Assembly (NCBI RefSeq): GCF_003334405.1
Contig: NZ_QOWM01000010.1
Length of the DNA stretch: 64,000 bases
Reading direction: 5' to 3' (one strand)
DNA from: Escherichia coli
GTDB taxonomy: Bacteria; Pseudomonadota; Gammaproteobacteria; Enterobacterales; Enterobacteriaceae
This document shows, in pieces, positions 25,895-38,042 of this stretch. The notes under the pieces are model-generated. The model saw nothing but the letters and a program-made list of their open reading frames with translations. It was not told where the DNA came from and did not search any database. The translations under genes and the position numbers were made by a program. The number at the start of each line of letters is the position of its first letter. Position 1 is the first letter of the stretch.

Positions 25895-28800
25895 AAATTC
25901 TCAGCCTGCGCCTGAAAAACCTGAACTCATTAAAAGGCGAATGGAAGATTGATTTCACCCGCGAGCCGTTCGCCAGCAACGGGCTGTTTGCTATTACCGG
26001 CCCAACAGGTGCGGGGAAAACCACCCTGCTGGACGCCATTTGTCTGGCGCTGTATCACGAAACTCCGCGTCTCTCTAACGTTTCACAATCGCAAAATGAT
26101 CTCATGACCCGCGATACCGCCGAATGTCTGGCGGAGGTGGAGTTTGAAGTGAAAGGTGAAGCGTACCGTGCATTCTGGAGCCAGAATCGGGCGCGTAACC
26201 AACCCGACGGTAATTTGCAGGTGCCACGCGTAGAGCTGGCGCGCTGCGCCGACGGCAAAATTCTCGCCGACAAAGTGAAAGATAAGCTGGAACTGACAGC
26301 GACGTTAACCGGGCTGGATTACGGGCGCTTCACCCGTTCGATGCTGCTTTCGCAGGGGCAATTTGCTGCCTTCCTGAATGCCAAACCCAAAGAACGCGCG
26401 GAATTGCTCGAGGAGTTAACCGGCACTGAAATCTACGGGCAAATCTCGGCGATGGTTTTTGAGCAGCACAAATCGGCCCGCACAGAGCTGGAGAAGCTGC
26501 AAGCGCAGGCCAGCGGCGTCACGTTGCTCACGCCGGAACAAGTGCAATCGCTGACAGCGAGTTTGCAGGTACTTACTGACGAAGAAAAACAGTTAATTAC
26601 CGCGCAGCAGCAAGAACAACAATCGCTAAACTGGTTAACGCGTCAGGACGAATTGCAGCAAGAAGCCAGCCGCCGTCAGCAGGCCTTGCAACAGGCGTTA
26701 GCCGAAGAAGAAAAAGCGCAACCTCAACTGGCGGCGCTTAGTCTGGCACAACCGGCACGAAATCTTCGTCCACACTGGGAACGCATCGCAGAACACAGCG
26801 CGGCGCTGGCGCATATTCGCCAGCAGATTGAAGAAGTAAATACTCGCTTACAGAGCACAATGGCGCTTCGCGCGAGCATTCGCCACCACGCGGCGAAGCA
26901 GTCAGCAGAATTACAGCAGCAGCAACAAAGCCTGAATACCTGGTTACAGGAACACGACCGCTTCCGTCAGTGGAACAACGAACCGGCGGGTTGGCGTGCG
27001 CAGTTCTCCCAACAAACCAGCGATCGCGAGCATCTGCGGCAATGGCAGCAACAGTTAACCCATGCTGAGCAAAAACTTAATGCGCTTGCGGCGATCACGT
27101 TGACGTTAACCGCCGATGAAGTTGCTACCGCCCTGGCGCAACATGCTGAGCAACGCCCACTGCGTCAGCACCTGGTCGCGCTGCATGGACAGATTGTTCC
27201 CCAACAAAAACGTCTGGCGCAGTTACAGGTCGCTATCCAGAATGTCACGCAAGAACAGACGCAACGTAACGCCGCACTTAACGAAATGCGCCAGCGTTAT
27301 AAAGAAAAGACGCAGCAACTTGCCGATGTGAAAACCATTTGCGAGCAGGAAGCGCGCATCAAAACGCTGGAAGCTCAACGTGCACAGTTACAGGCGGGTC
27401 AGCCTTGCCCACTTTGTGGTTCCACCAGCCACCCGGCGGTCGAGGCGTATCAGGCGCTGGAGCCTGGCGTTAATCAGTCTCGATTACTGGCGCTGGAAAA
27501 CGAAGTTAAAAAGCTCGGTGAAGAAGGTGCGACGCTACGTGGGCAACTGGACGCCATAACAAAGCAGCTTCAGCGTGATGAAAACGAAGCGCAAAGCCTC
27601 CGACAAGATGAGCAAGCACTTACTCAACAATGGCAAGCCGTCACGGCCAGCCTCAATATCACCTTGCAGCCACTGGACGATATTCAACCGTGGCTGGATG
27701 CACAAGATGAGCACGAACGCCAGCTGCGGTTACTCAGCCAACGGCATGAATTACAAGGGCAGATTGCCGCGCATAATCAGCAAATTATCCAGTATCAACA
27801 GCAAATTGAACAACGCCAGCAACTACTTTTAACGACATTGACGGGTTATGCACTGACATTGCCACAGGAAGATGAAGAAGAGAGCTGGTTGGCGACACGT
27901 CAGCAAGAAGCGCAGAGCTGGCAGCAACGCCAGAACGAATTAACCGCGCTGCAAAACCGTATTCAGCAGCTGACGCCGATTCTGGAAACGTTGCCGCAAA
28001 GTGATGAACTCCCGCACTGCGAAGAAACTGTGGTATTGGAAAACTGGCGGCAGGTACATGAACAATGTCTCGCATTACACAGCCAGCAGCAGACGTTACA
28101 GCAACAGGATGTTCTGGCGGCGCAAAGTCTGCAAAAAGCCCAGGCGCAGTTTGACACCGCGCTACAGGCCAGCGTCTTTGACGATCAGCAGGCGTTCCTT
28201 GCGGCGCTAATGGATGAACAAACACTAACGCAGCTGGAACAGCTCAAGCAGAATCTGGAAAACCAGCGCCGTCAGGCGCAAACTCTGGTCACTCAGACAG
28301 CAGAAACGCTGGCACAGCATCAACAACACCGACCTGACGACGGGTTGGCTCTCACTGTGACGGTGGAGCAGATTCAGCAAGAGTTAGCGCAAACTCACCA
28401 AAAGTTGCGTGAAAACACCACGAGTCAAGGCGAGATTCGCCAGCAGCTGAAGCAGGATGCAGATAACCGTCAGCAACAACAAACCTTAATGCAGCAAATT
28501 GCTCAAATGACGCAGCAGGTTGAGGACTGGGGATATCTGAATTCGCTAATAGGTTCCAAAGAGGGCGATAAATTCCGCAAGTTTGCCCAGGGGCTGACGC
28601 TGGATAATTTAGTCCATCTCGCTAATCAGCAACTTACCCGGCTGCACGGGCGCTATCTGTTACAGCGCAAAGCCAGCGAGGCGCTGGAAGTCGAGGTTGT
28701 TGATACCTGGCAGGCAGATGCGGTACGCGATACCCGTACCCTTTCCGGCGGCGAAAGTTTCCTCGTTAGTCTGGCGCTGGCGCTGGCGCTTTCGGATCTG

Positions 28801-29037
28801 GTCAGCCATAAAACACGTATTGACTCGCTGTTCCTTGATGAAGGTTTTGGCACGCTGGATAGCGAAACGCTGGATACCGCCCTTGATGCGCTGGATGCCC
28901 TGAACGCCAGTGGCAAAACCATCGGTGTGATTAGCCACGTAGAAGCGATGAAAGAGCGTATTCCGGTGCAGATCAAAGTGAAAAAGATCAACGGCCTGGG
29001 CTACAGCAAACTGGAAAGTACGTTTGCAGTGAAATAA
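25891..29037 (+). CDS. sbcC: Nuclease SbcCD subunit C (Rad50/SMC-like ATPase)
   Basis: 1048-aa ORF with Walker [10 protein letters not shown], long Q-rich coiled coil, zinc-hook CPLCGS, and C-terminal signature [20 protein letters not shown] plus D-loop [10 protein letters not shown]; ATGA start overlaps sbcD stop. Confidence 0.95.
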
Positions 29038-29162
29038 CTATTCAGCAGGATAATGAATACAGAGGGGCGAATTATCTCTTGGCCTTGCTGGTCGTTATCC
29101 TGCAAGCTATCACTTTATTGGCTACGGTGATTGGTAGCCGTTCTGGTGGTTGTGATGGTGGT

Positions 29163-30347
29163 ATGAAAAAAGTCATTTTATCTTTGGCTCTGGGCACGTT
29201 TGGTTTGGGGATGGCCGAATTTGGCATTATGGGCGTGCTCACGGAGCTGGCGCATAACGTAGGAATTTCGATTCCTGCCGCCGGGCATATGATCTCGTAT
29301 TATGCACTGGGGGTGGTGGTCGGTGCGCCAATCATCGCACTCTTTTCCAGCCGCTACTCACTCAAACATATCTTGTTGTTTCTGGTGGCGTTGTGCGTCA
29401 TTGGCAACGCCATGTTCACGCTCTCTTCGTCTTACCTGATGCTCGCCATTGGTCGGCTGGTATCCGGCTTTCCGCATGGCGCATTTTTTGGCGTCGGAGC
29501 GATCGTGTTATCAAAAATTATCAAACCCGGAAAAGTCACCGCCGCCGTGGCGGGGATGGTTTCCGGGATGACAGTCGCCAATTTGCTGGGCATTCCGCTG
29601 GGAACGTATTTAAGTCAGGAATTTAGCTGGCGTTACACCTTTTTATTGATCGCTGTTTTTAATATTGCGGTGATGGCATCGGTCTATTTTTGGGTGCCAG
29701 ATATTCGCGACGAGGCGAAAGGAAATCTGCGCGAACAATTTCACTTTTTGCGCAGCCCGGCCCCGTGGTTAATTTTCGCCGCCACGATGTTTGGCAACGC
29801 AGGTGTGTTTGCCTGGTTCAGCTACGTAAAGCCATACATGATGTTTATTTCCGGTTTTTCGGAAACGGCGATGACCTTTATTATGATGTTAGTTGGGCTA
29901 GGGATGGTGCTGGGAAATATGCTAAGTGGCAGGATTTCAGGACGTTATTCACCACTGCGCATTGCAGCAGTGACTGACTTTATAATTGTACTGGCACTGC
30001 TGATGCTCTTTTTCTGCGGCGGCATGAAAACAACGTCGCTTATTTTTGCTTTTATTTGTTGCGCGGGATTATTTGCCCTTTCAGCACCGCTACAAATATT
30101 GTTACTACAAAACGCCAAAGGCGGAGAGTTATTAGGTGCCGCAGGTGGGCAAATAGCGTTTAACCTCGGTAGCGCCGTCGGCGCATATTGCGGAGGTATG
30201 ATGCTGACGCTGGGACTGGCATATAATTACGTGGCGCTGCCTGCCGCCCTGCTTTCGTTTGCTGCGATGTCGTCGTTGCTGCTGTATGGTCGCTATAAGC
30301 GCCAGCAAGCGGCGGATACTCCGGTGCTGGCGAAACCACTGGGGTAG
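29163..30347 (+). CDS. araJ: MFS transporter AraJ
   Basis: ATG at 29163 gives 394 aa, MKKVILSLALGTFGLGMAEFGIMGVL...; 12-TM MFS topology; synteny after sbcC. Confidence 0.88.
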   Translation: MKKVILSLALGTFGLGMAEFGIMGVLTELAHNVGISIPAAGHMISYYALGVVVGAPIIALFSSRYSLKHILLFLVALCVIGNAMFTLSSSYLMLAIGRLVSGFPHGAFFGVGAIVLSKIIKPGKVTAAVAGMVSGMTVANLLGIPLGTYLSQEFSWRYTFLLIAVFNIAVMASVYFWVPDIRDEAKGNLREQFHFLRSPAPWLIFAATMFGNAGVFAWFSYVKPYMMFISGFSETAMTFIMMLVGLGMVLGNMLSGRISGRYSPLRIAAVTDFIIVLALLMLFFCGGMKTTSLIFAFICCAGLFALSAPLQILLLQNAKGGELLGAAGGQIAFNLGSAVGAYCGGMMLTLGLAYNYVALPAALLSFAAMSSLLLYGRYKRQQAADTPVLAKPLG

Positions 30348-30375
30348 GTTATAGTCTCGGTGCTCATTACTTATT

Positions 30376-30574
30376 GCCGGATGCGGCGTGAACGCCTTAT
30401 CCGCCCTACGCGGTTCTGGCACATTTTGCAGGCCTGATAAGACGCGGCAAGCGTCGCATCAGGCATCGGAGCACTTATTGCCGGATGCGGCGTGAACGCC
30501 TTATCCGGCCTACGGTTCTGGCACCTTTTGTAGGCCTGATAAGACGCGGCAAGCGTCGCATCAGGCATGATGCG
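30376..30574. repeat. BIME: two tandem REP pairs between araJ and mak
   Basis: Two copies of ttattgccggatgcggcgtgaacgccttatccg(g)cctac ... ggcctgataagacgcggcaagcgtcgcatcaggcat. Confidence 0.85.
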
Positions 30575-30591
30575 CCAATTGCCTACGTTTT

Positions 30592-31500
30592 TTACTCTTG
30601 TGGCCATAACCACGCAGCGCCGCGTACGCCGCTGGAATCACCGTGCTTCGCCTTACGCACCGGCGTTTCACATTCGCCGCCGAAGACAAATTGTTTAATC
30701 AACTGCCCAACCGTTTGATATAAACGGTCTACATTGCTCATCCCGCCCCCCAGGACAATCACATCCGGATCGAGAATATTCACGACATGTGCCAGCGATT
30801 TTGCCAGCCGCAGCTCGTAGCGACGCAATGCCAGTTCCGCTACCGGATCGCTTTCTTCAACCAGGCGGATAATTTCACTGCCTTTCAGCGCATGTCCGCT
30901 CAAACGACGATAATCCATCGCGAATCCCGTGCCCGAAATAAAGGTTTCAATACAACCTTGTTTACCGCAATAACAAGGGACTTCCTCGCGATAACGCAGT
31001 TCGTCTTCGTCCATCCACGGTAGCGGATTGTGTCCCCACTCACCTGCCGTGCCATTGCCGCCGATATGCGCCCGCCCATTGAATGCCACGCCCGCGCCGC
31101 ATCCCGTGCCGATAATCACGGCAAATACCGTCTGCGCTCCCGCTGCCGCGCCATCTACTGCTTCTGAAACCGCCAGACAGTTAGCGTCATTTGCCAGCCG
31201 CACTTCCCGCTGCAACCTCGCGCTTAAGTCTTTATCGAATGGCTGACCGTTGAGCCAGGTTGAATTGGCATTCTTCACCACACCGGTGTAAGGCGAAATT
31301 GAGCCAGGAATGCCCATACCTACCGTTCCGCGCTGCCCCGTCGCCTGCTCCGCCATATCAACCAACGTGGCGATCGTTTCAATAGTCTGCCGGTAATCAT
31401 CACGCGGCGTGGGCAGACGATGGCGGTACAACTGCTCCCCTGCATCGCCCAGTGCAATCACTTCAGTTTTGGTGCCGCCTAAATCGATACCTATACGCAC
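30592..31500 (-). CDS. mak: Fructokinase / manno(fructo)kinase (ROK family)
   Basis: GTG start (complement of 31498-31500) with AAGGAG Shine-Dalgarno gives 302 aa, (M)[31 protein letters not shown], with ROK zinc motif [10 protein letters not shown]; the longer 348-aa frame is rejected. Confidence 0.88.
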
Positions 31501-31624
31501 GGTACTCTCCTTATTTTTTTCAATATTAATAGCGTAGAGACGGACAACCGGATTGGCAATGCAAGGCCGCCGACAATTCGTTATCATGCCCGCTAAATTT
31601 AACGACAAGGCCGTGGAAATTATC

Positions 31625-32536
31625 ATGCTGTGGTTCAAAAATTTAATGGTTTACCGTCTTAGCCGCGAGATTTCGCTGCGTGCAGAAGAGATGGAAAAAC
31701 AGCTAGCCTCGATGGCATTTACCCCATGCGGCAGCCAGGACATGGCGAAGATGGGCTGGGTTCCTCCGATGGGATCGCACAGCGATGCGTTAACGCACGT
31801 TGCCAATGGTCAAATTGTTATCTGCGCGCGCAAAGAAGAAAAAATCCTCCCGTCTCCGGTGATTAAACAGGCGCTGGAAGCGAAAATCGCCAAACTGGAA
31901 GCGGAACAGGCGCGTAAGCTGAAGAAAACCGAAAAAGATTCGCTGAAAGACGAAGTGCTGCACTCTCTGCTGCCGCGTGCTTTCAGCCGTTTTAGCCAGA
32001 CAATGATGTGGATCGACACGGTTAACGGTTTGATTATGGTGGACTGCGCCAGTGCCAAAAAAGCGGAAGATACGCTGGCATTACTGCGTAAAAGCCTGGG
32101 GTCGTTACCGGTTGTACCATTGAGCATGGAAAACCCGATTGAACTGACGCTGACCGAATGGGTTCGCTCCGGTAGTGCGGCACAGGGCTTCCAGCTGCTT
32201 GATGAAGCCGAGCTGAAATCGTTGCTGGAAGATGGCGGCGTGATCCGCGCGAAGAAACAAGATCTGACCAGCGAAGAGATCACCAATCACATTGAAGCCG
32301 GAAAAGTGGTGACTAAACTGGCGCTCGACTGGCAGCAGCGCATTCAGTTTGTGATGTGCGACGATGGTTCGCTCAAGCGTCTGAAGTTCTGCGACGAGCT
32401 GCGCGATCAAAACGAAGATATCGACCGTGAAGATTTCGCCCAGCGTTTTGATGCCGATTTCATCCTGATGACTGGTGAACTGGCAGCGTTAATTCAAAAC
32501 CTGATTGAAGGATTAGGTGGCGAAGCACAACGTTAA
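31625..32536 (+). CDS. rdgC: Recombination-associated protein RdgC
   Basis: ATG at 31625 gives 303 aa, [40 protein letters not shown]..., recognised as RdgC. Confidence 0.93.
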
Positions 32537-32555
32537 TTGCTGATTTTCCTTTAAT

Positions 32556-32593
32556 GCCGGATGCGACGCCTGCCGCGTCTTATCCGGCGTACG
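32556..32593. repeat. REP element downstream of rdgC
   Basis: gccggatgcgacgcctgccgcgtcttatccggcgtac palindrome. Confidence 0.7.
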
Positions 32594-32693
32594 AAGCCAC
32601 ACCAGGCATATAATTATTCGCTACGGCGAGCAATAATTTTTAGCGCAGCAATATTATGCGTTTTACGCTGTAACTTGCTCCATGGACGTTGTG

Positions 32694-32975
32694 TCATTGT
32701 TTTTCCTCAAGCCGGTGACGCGCTTCACTGCGAATTTTCCGCGTTGCCCCGGTTTTCACTAAATCACGTAACAGCGAAAGATCGGGTTGTTCGACAAATA
32801 AGAGTAATGATGGATCCTCTTTTAACCACGCCGTTTTCACATCGGCAGCCAGCTGTGGATTATTAATAGCCAGCGACCGATCCTGAGGCTCAGTCAATGT
32901 CGTTAACAACAACGCCGGGGTATGTGCGTTGCGCAATGCCGTTTGGCGTAAATGATCATTGCGACTTTGCAGCAA
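32694..32975 (-). CDS. ykiA: Hypothetical protein, positional equivalent of YkiA
   Basis: 93-aa ORF in the position and orientation I recall for K-12 ykiA, between rdgC and ppnP; no domain recognised; start not verified. Confidence 0.5.
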   Translation of the reverse strand: MLQSRNDHLRQTALRNAHTPALLLTTLTEPQDRSLAINNPQLAADVKTAWLKEDPSLLLFVEQPDLSLLRDLVKTGATRKIRSEARHRLEEKQ

Positions 32976-33182
32976 TGCACGCCACCATTCATCATCTGAT
33001 TTATCTTTTATCGTAGCCAGTTCCGCAACAATATCTGGAGATCTTCACTGATATTTATATCAACCTTGATAAATTATGAATATATCGGAAATTGAAAAAA
33101 TCGCAGCAAAGGAAATATTATTATGGGCTAAAGAAAGGATATTTCAGAAAAATGCCCTCCCGTTCAAGGGGAAGGCGAGGAA

Positions 33183-33467
33183 TTACAGATAGCGGCACAG
33201 ATAAGAGGTGGGTTCGGCAACTTGCAGATGAAACTCACGGTGACCGGGAACATTAAACACCGAACCGGCTTCATACACCTGCCAGTCGGTCGCGTCAGGC
33301 AGTAACACATTCAGCGCGCCACTGATTACCGTCATCTCTTCCGGCTCAGCGGTGCTGAAGGTGTATTCGCCTTCAACCATAACACCCACGCTGGCGCGAC
33401 CAGTGCTGCTGCTGGAAAAGCCGATTGATTTCACTTTGCCGGAAAAGTACTCATTACTTTGAAGCAT
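33183..33467 (-). CDS. ppnP: Pyrimidine/purine nucleoside phosphorylase (cupin)
   Basis: 94-aa [57 protein letters not shown]... recognised as PpnP (YaiE). Confidence 0.9.
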   Translation of the reverse strand: MLQSNEYFSGKVKSIGFSSSSTGRASVGVMVEGEYTFSTAEPEEMTVISGALNVLLPDATDWQVYEAGSVFNVPGHREFHLQVAEPTSYLCRYL

Positions 33468-33538
33468 AAACTGGCCCTGTTTGGTAGTTGAACATCTACT
33501 TCACTATAGGGGCCAGAGGCGCTGGCTGTCACGCAAAA

Positions 33539-34216
33539 TTACACCAGTAATTCCGCAGCCAGCCGTGCAATCAATACGTTAGACAGCAAGACAGGAACAT
33601 CGAGCTGTTTTTGCAGTAAATCGCGATGACGTTGGTGAAATCCTAAACAATCCAGCATGATGACATCAGCCCCTTTTGCCAGTAATTCTTTCCCGGCATC
33701 AATGATTTTTTGTTCTGAATCATGAATGGGGTTACCCAATGAAAATACCGGCGATTTCTGCAAAATTTGCCATTTTTGCGCCTGAACGGGCAGCATCTCC
33801 TCAACCGGAACGATAACCCCCACCTGATGATCTTCAACAATAGAGGAAACCAGTGGAGGCAATATTCGCGACGGCTCAAGAAAGATCGTATTACGCGCAG
33901 TCATACTACTAATGTTTGCTGTACTCATTAATAAAATGACGTCATAACCCTGATTATCGAGCACTTCAACCACACCTTGCAGGTCACGCTCCACTTTGCG
34001 ACGCGAAACATGGGCCAGCTGGTTGTCATTTAATAATGTGAGAATGGTGTCTTCGCCTGCTTCTGGCGCGTACTCCGCCATCACTTCTTCACGACTTAAC
34101 TTCCCCAGCAGGCTATGATGGGAAATATTATCTTCGTCAATGTATTCCGTCAGGAGCGGCAAAACTTCCTGCATAGGTACAATGCCGATGGTCAGGATCG
34201 CCAACGACGCACTCAT
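33539..34216 (-). CDS. aroM: Protein AroM
   Basis: 225-aa [33 protein letters not shown]...; third gene of the aroL-yaiA-aroM operon. Confidence 0.9.
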
Positions 34217-34473
34217 TGTTCATCCACCTTACTTTTCTTTCGTCGTTAATTACCGGGCAAGTGTGAAGCACCACTGCTGACACTTACTTGTGCTACAAAT
34301 GACAAAAAGCGTAGCAGCAGACGTGCACGGCATAATGTAAAGATTCCAAATGATTCCAGTAATGGATTGTTATTGTTTAATATTCTAATTATTAGAAAAA
34401 CATGAATTATGAAAAATGTGACGCAGATCCCTTGTAGTGGCACTCAGAATCCCTTCCGAGCAGTCTGATGCGG

Positions 34474-34674
<201 letters not shown>

Positions 34675-34714
34675 TTATTTCACGGGATGAACGTTAAGTA
34701 TAGGCGCTCGAAAA

Positions 34715-35239
34715 TCAACAATTGATCGTCTGTGCCAGGGCGCTGCGAATTTCAGAAATCACCTGGCTGGGTTCGTTTGTTGCGTCGATGATAATATGCG
34801 CAACTTCGCGATATAGCGCATCGCGTTCTTCCAGCACTTCCTGAACTTCTTCGCTCAGCGGTTTTCCCGTTAAGGTTGGCCGTAAATCTTCTTCCGGTGC
34901 AGCTTGCAGTCGGTTAACCAGGACTGATACTGGCGCACACAAATAAACCACGATCCCGTTATTTTGCATGAAGTGACGATTAAATTCCGTCAGAATAATG
35001 CCGCCGCCTGTAGCGATAACGGTGGATGGCGCAGTTACCGCTTCCAGCGCCGCCGTTTCTCTGGCGCGAAATCCCGCCCACTCTTCCCTTTCGACGATCT
35101 CCGCGACCGTCATATTGAGCTGTGATTGCAACCACTGATCGGTATCGACAAACCGACGGTTAAGCGAATCGGCAAGGGCCATTCCGACCGTTGTTTTACC
35201 ACAGCCCCGAGGCCCGATCAGAAAAAGAGGTTGTGTCAT
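34715..35239 (-). CDS. aroL: Shikimate kinase II
   Basis: 174-aa ORF with Walker [10 protein letters not shown]: [36 protein letters not shown]... Confidence 0.95.
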
Positions 35240-35302
35240 CGTGGGTTTTCCCCAATAGGTCGCAATGCGGCGAAAGCCGGTGTCATGAGAATAGCGATCA
35301 TA

Positions 35303-35322
35303 CCATCAAACTAGTACAATTT
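35303..35322 (-). promoter_or_regulatory. Putative TrpR operator half-site in the aroL promoter
   Basis: Minus strand reads ttgTACTAGTTtgatggta; ACTAGT core matches the TrpR operator; aroL is known to be TrpR/TyrR-regulated. Confidence 0.5.
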
Positions 35323-35402
35323 CGATTGTAAAGAAAAAATTCCACTTAAAGTGAAAATCTCAATACACCCCTTACTATACCAATAAATATTCAAGAATGA
35401 AG

Positions 35403-35420
35403 TGTAAATAATAAATTACA
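35403..35420 (-). promoter_or_regulatory. TyrR box upstream of aroL
   Basis: TGTAAATAATAAATTACA, one mismatch from the palindromic TyrR consensus TGTAAA-N6-TTTACA; a weaker copy (tgtaaagaaaaaattcca) at 35327-35344. Confidence 0.65.
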
Positions 35421-35421
35421 T

Positions 35422-35880
35422 TTAGCCACGACTACGTTGCACTTCCAGCCACCACTTCTCCAGCTCCGCGGCAAAGGCCTGGCGGTCACGTTGTGAAAGG
35501 CTATCTGGTCCGCCGGTCTGGATCCCACTGGCACGTAAGGTATCCATAAAATCGCGCATCGTCAGGCGCTCACGAATGGTCGCTGGCGTGTAACGTTCGC
35601 CGCGCGGATTAAGCGCCGCAGCGCCTTTCTCGATGGCTTCAGCAGCCAAAGGTATATCTGCGGTGATCACCAAATCGCCCGCTTCACACTGCCGGACAAT
35701 TTCGTTATCGGCAACGTCGAAACCTGCCGCGACGCGCAGCGTACGAATAAATCGCGATGGCGGCACGCGTAAACTCTGGTTTGCTACCAGTACCAGCGGC
35801 ATCTGCATACGTTCCGCCGCGCGATACAAAATCTCTTTAATTACATTGGGACACGCGTCGGCATCCACCCAAATTGTCAT
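35422..35880 (-). CDS. yaiI: UPF0178 family protein YaiI
   Basis: ATG (complement of 35878-35880) with AGGA Shine-Dalgarno gives 152 aa, [35 protein letters not shown]...; the longer 192-aa frame is rejected. Confidence 0.85.
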   Translation of the reverse strand: MTIWVDADACPNVIKEILYRAAERMQMPLVLVANQSLRVPPSRFIRTLRVAAGFDVADNEIVRQCEAGDLVITADIPLAAEAIEKGAAALNPRGERYTPATIRERLTMRDFMDTLRASGIQTGGPDSLSQRDRQAFAAELEKWWLEVQRSRG

Positions 35881-35999
35881 AAAGTCATCCTTTGTTGGGT
35901 AATCCTCTATTGTGTCGCGCTTTTGCCTTCCGGCATAGTTCTGTTTATGCTTCTGCCAGCGATTATCAAAACAATGAATTTCACGGCAGGAGTGAGGCA

Positions 36000-36809
36000 A
36001 TGGAAAAGAAAATCGGTTTTATTGGCTGCGGCAATATGGGAAAAGCCATTCTCGGCGGTCTGATTGCCAGCGGTCAGGTGCTTCCAGGGCAAATCTGGGT
36101 ATACACCCCCTCCCCGGATAAAGTCGCCGCCCTGCATGACCAGTTCGGCATCAACGCCGCAGAATCGGCGCAAGAAGTGGCGCAAATCGCCGACATCATT
36201 TTTGCTGCCGTTAAACCTGGCATCATGATTAAAGTGCTTAGCGAAATCACCTCCAGCCTGAATAAAGACTCTCTGGTCGTTTCTATTGCTGCAGGTGTCA
36301 CGCTCGACCAGCTTGCCCGCGCGCTGGGCCATGACCGGAAAATTATCCGCGCCATGCCGAACACTCCCGCACTGGTTAATGCCGGGATGACCTCCGTAAC
36401 GCCAAACGCGCTGGTAACCCCAGAAGATACCGCTGATGTGCTGAATATTTTCCGCTGCTTTGGCGAAGCGGAAGTAATTGCTGAGCCGATGATCCACCCG
36501 GTGGTCGGTGTGAGCGGTTCTTCGCCAGCCTACGTATTTATGTTTATCGAAGCGATGGCCGACGCCGCCGTGCTGGGCGGGATGCCACGCGCCCAGGCGT
36601 ATAAATTTGCCGCTCAGGCGGTAATGGGTTCCGCAAAAATGGTGCTGGAAACGGGAGAACATCCGGGGGCACTGAAAGATATGGTCTGCTCACCGGGAGG
36701 CACCACCATTGAAGCGGTACGCGTACTGGAAGAGAAAGGCTTCCGTGCTGCAGTGATCGAAGCGATGACGAAGTGTATGGAAAAATCAGAAAAACTCAGC
36801 AAATCCTGA
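36000..36809 (+). CDS. proC: Pyrroline-5-carboxylate reductase
   Basis: ATG at 36000 with AGGAG Shine-Dalgarno gives 269 aa, [25 protein letters not shown]... (Rossmann GxGxxG); the longer 305-aa frame is rejected. Confidence 0.95.
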   Translation: MEKKIGFIGCGNMGKAILGGLIASGQVLPGQIWVYTPSPDKVAALHDQFGINAAESAQEVAQIADIIFAAVKPGIMIKVLSEITSSLNKDSLVVSIAAGVTLDQLARALGHDRKIIRAMPNTPALVNAGMTSVTPNALVTPEDTADVLNIFRCFGEAEVIAEPMIHPVVGVSGSSPAYVFMFIEAMADAAVLGGMPRAQAYKFAAQAVMGSAKMVLETGEHPGALKDMVCSPGGTTIEAVRVLEEKGFRAAVIEAMTKCMEKSEKLSKS

Positions 36810-36825
36810 TGACTTTCGCCGGACG

Positions 36826-37941
36826 TCAGGCCGCCACTTCGGTGCGGTTACGTCCGGCTTTCTTTGCTTTGTAAAGCGCCAAATCTGCCGATTTCAACCA
36901 CTCACGATAGTGACTCATTTGTGGGTTCAGCGGCGCAACCCCCACACTAATCCGTAAAGTTACCTGTGGCGTATTCGGCAAACGTAATGTATTTAGCCCT
37001 TCATGCACCCGTAACATGGCGGTAATGGCGCTCTCAGCTGGCGTACCGGACATGATTACTGCAAACTCATCGCCGCCAAACCGACCAATCACATCGCTAC
37101 CGCGCAGGGTAATTTGTAACTGTCGGGTAAGCGCCACAATCGCTTCATCGCCCACATCATGGCCCCAGGTATCGTTGATGCTCTTGAAATGGTCGATATC
37201 GATAATCAGTAACGTTGCATCGCGATTATGCCGCCGACAGTTATCAAATTCATTGCGTAACATAGTTTCCCAATGACGTCGGTTATACACACCCGTCATG
37301 CCGTCGCGGGTACTCATGACCTGCAACCTGCGTTTATGTTCCGCCAGTTTGGTTGCCGTCTGGTAGCTGACCCAGCCAAACAGCAGAGGATAAATGACAA
37401 TAATGGGAAGGGAGAGCCACCATTCCAGCGGCGCACTATTGAACGACACGGTAATGCCCGTCAGCTCGAGGGTGACAAGGCAGGAAACCACCATCAACAC
37501 CAGACCCGCGACAAACAGACGGGGGCCGCCTGCCCCCATCAAATTCAGACACATAATCATCAACATCGCGGTGGAAGGCAGCACGTTTACGCCCATTACG
37601 CCTACCCACATTCCCGCTAATACTGCATCGGTTTTTAAGTTGTAAATTTCCCGGCTAAGCGGATCGACGGCCCTGCTCGCTATCTGCCAGGCTAAATGCG
37701 GCCAGACGAACGCCCAGCCGACCAACACCAGCCACCACCAGCCCGGCGGCGGGTGTGAAACCAGCGTTGAAGCAATCGGTAAGAACATGCCAGCCAGGCC
37801 AACCGCACGGGGTAGTCTGACGCGACGGGCGAAGCGCAGCCCGGACCGCTGATGTTCGTTTTGAGGAGTTAAAGGAGGTTCCTCCCCGTGCGCCGCCGCT
37901 TTTTTGAAAAAGTTTTCATCATTCATTATTTTTGGGAACAT
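36826..37941 (-). CDS. dgcC: Diguanylate cyclase DgcC (AdrA)
   Basis: 371-aa ORF with N-terminal MASE2-like membrane segments and a C-terminal GGDEF domain (RFGGDEFAVIM). Confidence 0.9.
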   Translation of the reverse strand: MFPKIMNDENFFKKAAAHGEEPPLTPQNEHQRSGLRFARRVRLPRAVGLAGMFLPIASTLVSHPPPGWWWLVLVGWAFVWPHLAWQIASRAVDPLSREIYNLKTDAVLAGMWVGVMGVNVLPSTAMLMIMCLNLMGAGGPRLFVAGLVLMVVSCLVTLELTGITVSFNSAPLEWWLSLPIIVIYPLLFGWVSYQTATKLAEHKRRLQVMSTRDGMTGVYNRRHWETMLRNEFDNCRRHNRDATLLIIDIDHFKSINDTWGHDVGDEAIVALTRQLQITLRGSDVIGRFGGDEFAVIMSGTPAESAITAMLRVHEGLNTLRLPNTPQVTLRISVGVAPLNPQMSHYREWLKSADLALYKAKKAGRNRTEVAA

Positions 37942-38042
37942 TCAGAAACAATTTTCCCAAATTATAGAGACGGAGCTAAAGGCAGAAGTATGATATTTCG
38001 GGTGAGCCATTTTCGTAGCTCGCCCGTTAGCACTATCAGGTA

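Noticed and set aside
25891-29037. sbcC considered as a possible novel SMC-like defence ATPase
   Set aside because: It is the canonical SbcC (Rad50 homologue) paired with sbcD in the conserved chromosomal position, not a novel system.
29038-29162. Looked for AraC binding sites upstream of araJ and for MalT boxes upstream of malZ (19130-19284)
   Set aside because: I could not align convincing matches to the consensus by eye, so no site was called, although both genes are known to be regulated by these factors.
30376-30574. Repeat arrays at 30376-30574, 61518-61730 and 63665-64000 considered as possible CRISPR arrays
   Set aside because: The units are REP/BIME palindromes (GCCGGATGCGGCG... 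/ GCCTGATAAGACGCG...). The sequence between repeats is itself repeated, so there are no unique spacers, and no cas genes are nearby.
30371-30613. ORFs lying within REP arrays (30371-30613, 61411-61722, 63443-63778)
   Set aside because: Their sequence is the REP palindromes themselves (translations rich in R/C/A from GC palindromes); not credible coding.
34246-34443. 65-aa ORF in the yaiA-aroM spacer and AT-rich ORFs at 50217-50486 and 55302-55517
   Set aside because: Products are I/L/N/F-rich as expected from AT-rich non-coding DNA, with no ribosome-binding site or similarity to anything I recognise.
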